This document shows positions 60,247 to 64,000 of a stretch of 64,000 nucleotides of DNA, one piece after another; position 1 is the first letter of the stretch; every line of letters begins with the position of its first letter. A model generated the notes under the pieces. The model saw nothing but the letters and a program-made list of their open reading frames with translations, was not told the DNA's origin and made no database searches. This stretch comes from Nannocystis bainbridge (GTDB lineage Bacteria; Myxococcota_A; Polyangia; Nannocystales; Nannocystaceae). Location of the stretch: NCBI RefSeq assembly GCF_028368995.1, contig NZ_JAQNDL010000001.1, positions 1,312,001 to 1,376,000 on the forward strand. Direction: 5' to 3'. Both the position numbers and the translations under genes were made by a program.

Positions 60247-60509
60247 GGGCACGGTTTATGGCCGATTTCCCGCGGCCGCGCAAGCCGACCTGCGGCGCGC
60301 GTCCGGCTCGCCGCGAGGCCCGCAAACTCTTCTGCGATCTTCTCCGCGAAGATCCACGCGCTCTTCCCCACGCGCTCTTCCCCACGCGATGGCAAAGCCG
60401 CTGCTTTCCGCACACGACTCCACGAAACTGCCTCGCCTTGCCCGCCGGCGCCACGGCGCCCGGCGCGGCCGGATTCACGGAGGGCGCGAGTGTGCCAAGA
60501 TGCACGCGC

Positions 60510-62845
<2,336 letters not shown>

Positions 62846-62849
<4 letters not shown>

Positions 62850-64000
62850 AGTACGTCCTCAAGTCGAGCGCCCCGACGCGCCAGCCCTTCGATCTTTCGC
62901 GCGAGCTCAACCCCCAGCAGCTCGCGGTCGTCGAGGCCGATCCGGGCGAGATCCTCGTGCTCGCCGGCGCCGGCACCGGCAAGACCCGCACGCTCACCTA
63001 CCGCGTCGCCCGCCTGGTCGCCGGCGGCTGCCACCCCGAGCGGATCCTCCTGTGCACATTCACCAATCGCGCCGCGCGCGAGATGGTCGCGCGGGTCGAA
63101 TCGCTGCTCGGCGTCGAGATGCGGCGCTGCTCGGCCGGCACCTTCCACCACGTCGGCAACCGGATCCTCCGCCGCTACGGCGCCGCGATCGGCCTCTCGC
63201 CCGACTTCGGCATCCTCGACCCCGAGGACGCGCGGACCCTGCTCAGCGCCGTGGTCGCGGAGTTCGGCCTGCAGACATTGACCGCGCGCCGGTTCCCGCA
63301 GCCCAAGGTGCTCGCCAACCTGATCAGCCTGGCCGCCAACACCCGCAAGCCGCTGCTGCAGGTGGTCGAGGAGCACGGCCTGCGCCTGCTCGACCAGGCC
63401 GTCATGGTCGAGGAGGTCGCGGTCCGCTTCGCCGAGCGCAAGCGCCACATGAACGTGTGCGACTTCGACGATCTGCTGATCCACTGGCTGCGCCTGCTCG
63501 AGGACCCGCGGCTGACCGAGGTCGCCGCGCTGGTCCGCTCGGCCTACGACCACGTGCTCGTCGACGAGTACCAGGACGTGAGCGCGATCCAGGGCGCGCT
63601 GGTCGACGCCATGGCCAAGGAGCACGGCAGCCTGGTGTGCGTCGGCGACGACGCCCAGTCGATCTACGGCTTCCGCGGCGCCGACTTCGCCCAGATCGCC
63701 GAGTTCCGCGGCCGCCACACCCAGGCCCGGCTGTATCCGCTGACCATCAATTACCGCTCGACGCCCGAGGTGCTCGCGCTCGCCAATCGCAGCATCGCCC
63801 GCAACGTCAAGCAGTACCCCAAGGAATTGGTGGCGGTGAAAAAATCAGGGCCGAAGCCGGCCGTGATCCCGCTGCGCGACGTGTTCCAGCAGGCCGAGTT
63901 CATCGCCCAGCGCGTGCTCGAGCTGCACCACGAGTACGACATGCCGCTGTCGCGCATGGCCGTGCTCTACCGCAACCACTCGCACAGCCTCGAGCTGCAG
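62846..64000 (+). CDS. UvrD/PcrA-family ATP-dependent DNA helicase (truncated by window end)
   Basis: LNPQQ, LAGAGTGKT, TFTNRAA, GTFH, VDEYQD, VGDDAQSIYGFRGA, NYRS. Confidence 0.93.

Overview
A very GC-rich bacterial chromosome segment. The gene content (Ser/Thr kinases, Cys-rich lipoproteins, DUF4215-type repeats, myxobacterial-type ECF/anti-sigma pair) suggests a myxobacterium, probably Nannocystis-like (inference). It holds about 51 genes: a complete isc Fe-S operon headed by a Cys-rich MerR regulator instead of IscR, a PlpX/GDL-type radical SAM/SPASM enzyme next to a candidate lipoprotein substrate, an ECF sigma locus with two Asp/Cys/Pro 'DPDC'-repeat lipoproteins, an RND pump, a kinase/carotenoid-oxygenase module, a PaoABC-like molybdoenzyme, a SWIM-finger DNA ligase, DPP-IV and a partial UvrD/PcrA helicase. 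I saw no rRNA, tRNA, CRISPR array or transposase. The main unexplained signal is a 14-bp quasi-palindromic box (TG-N10-CA, best form TGTCC-N4-GGACA). It recurs dozens of times across the window: as exact 14-bp-period arrays of 4-6 diverged units after stop codons and between convergent genes, as in-frame inserts in protein linkers, and inside conserved genes where it coincides with rare codons. All calls come from reading the sequence by eye; no searches were run.
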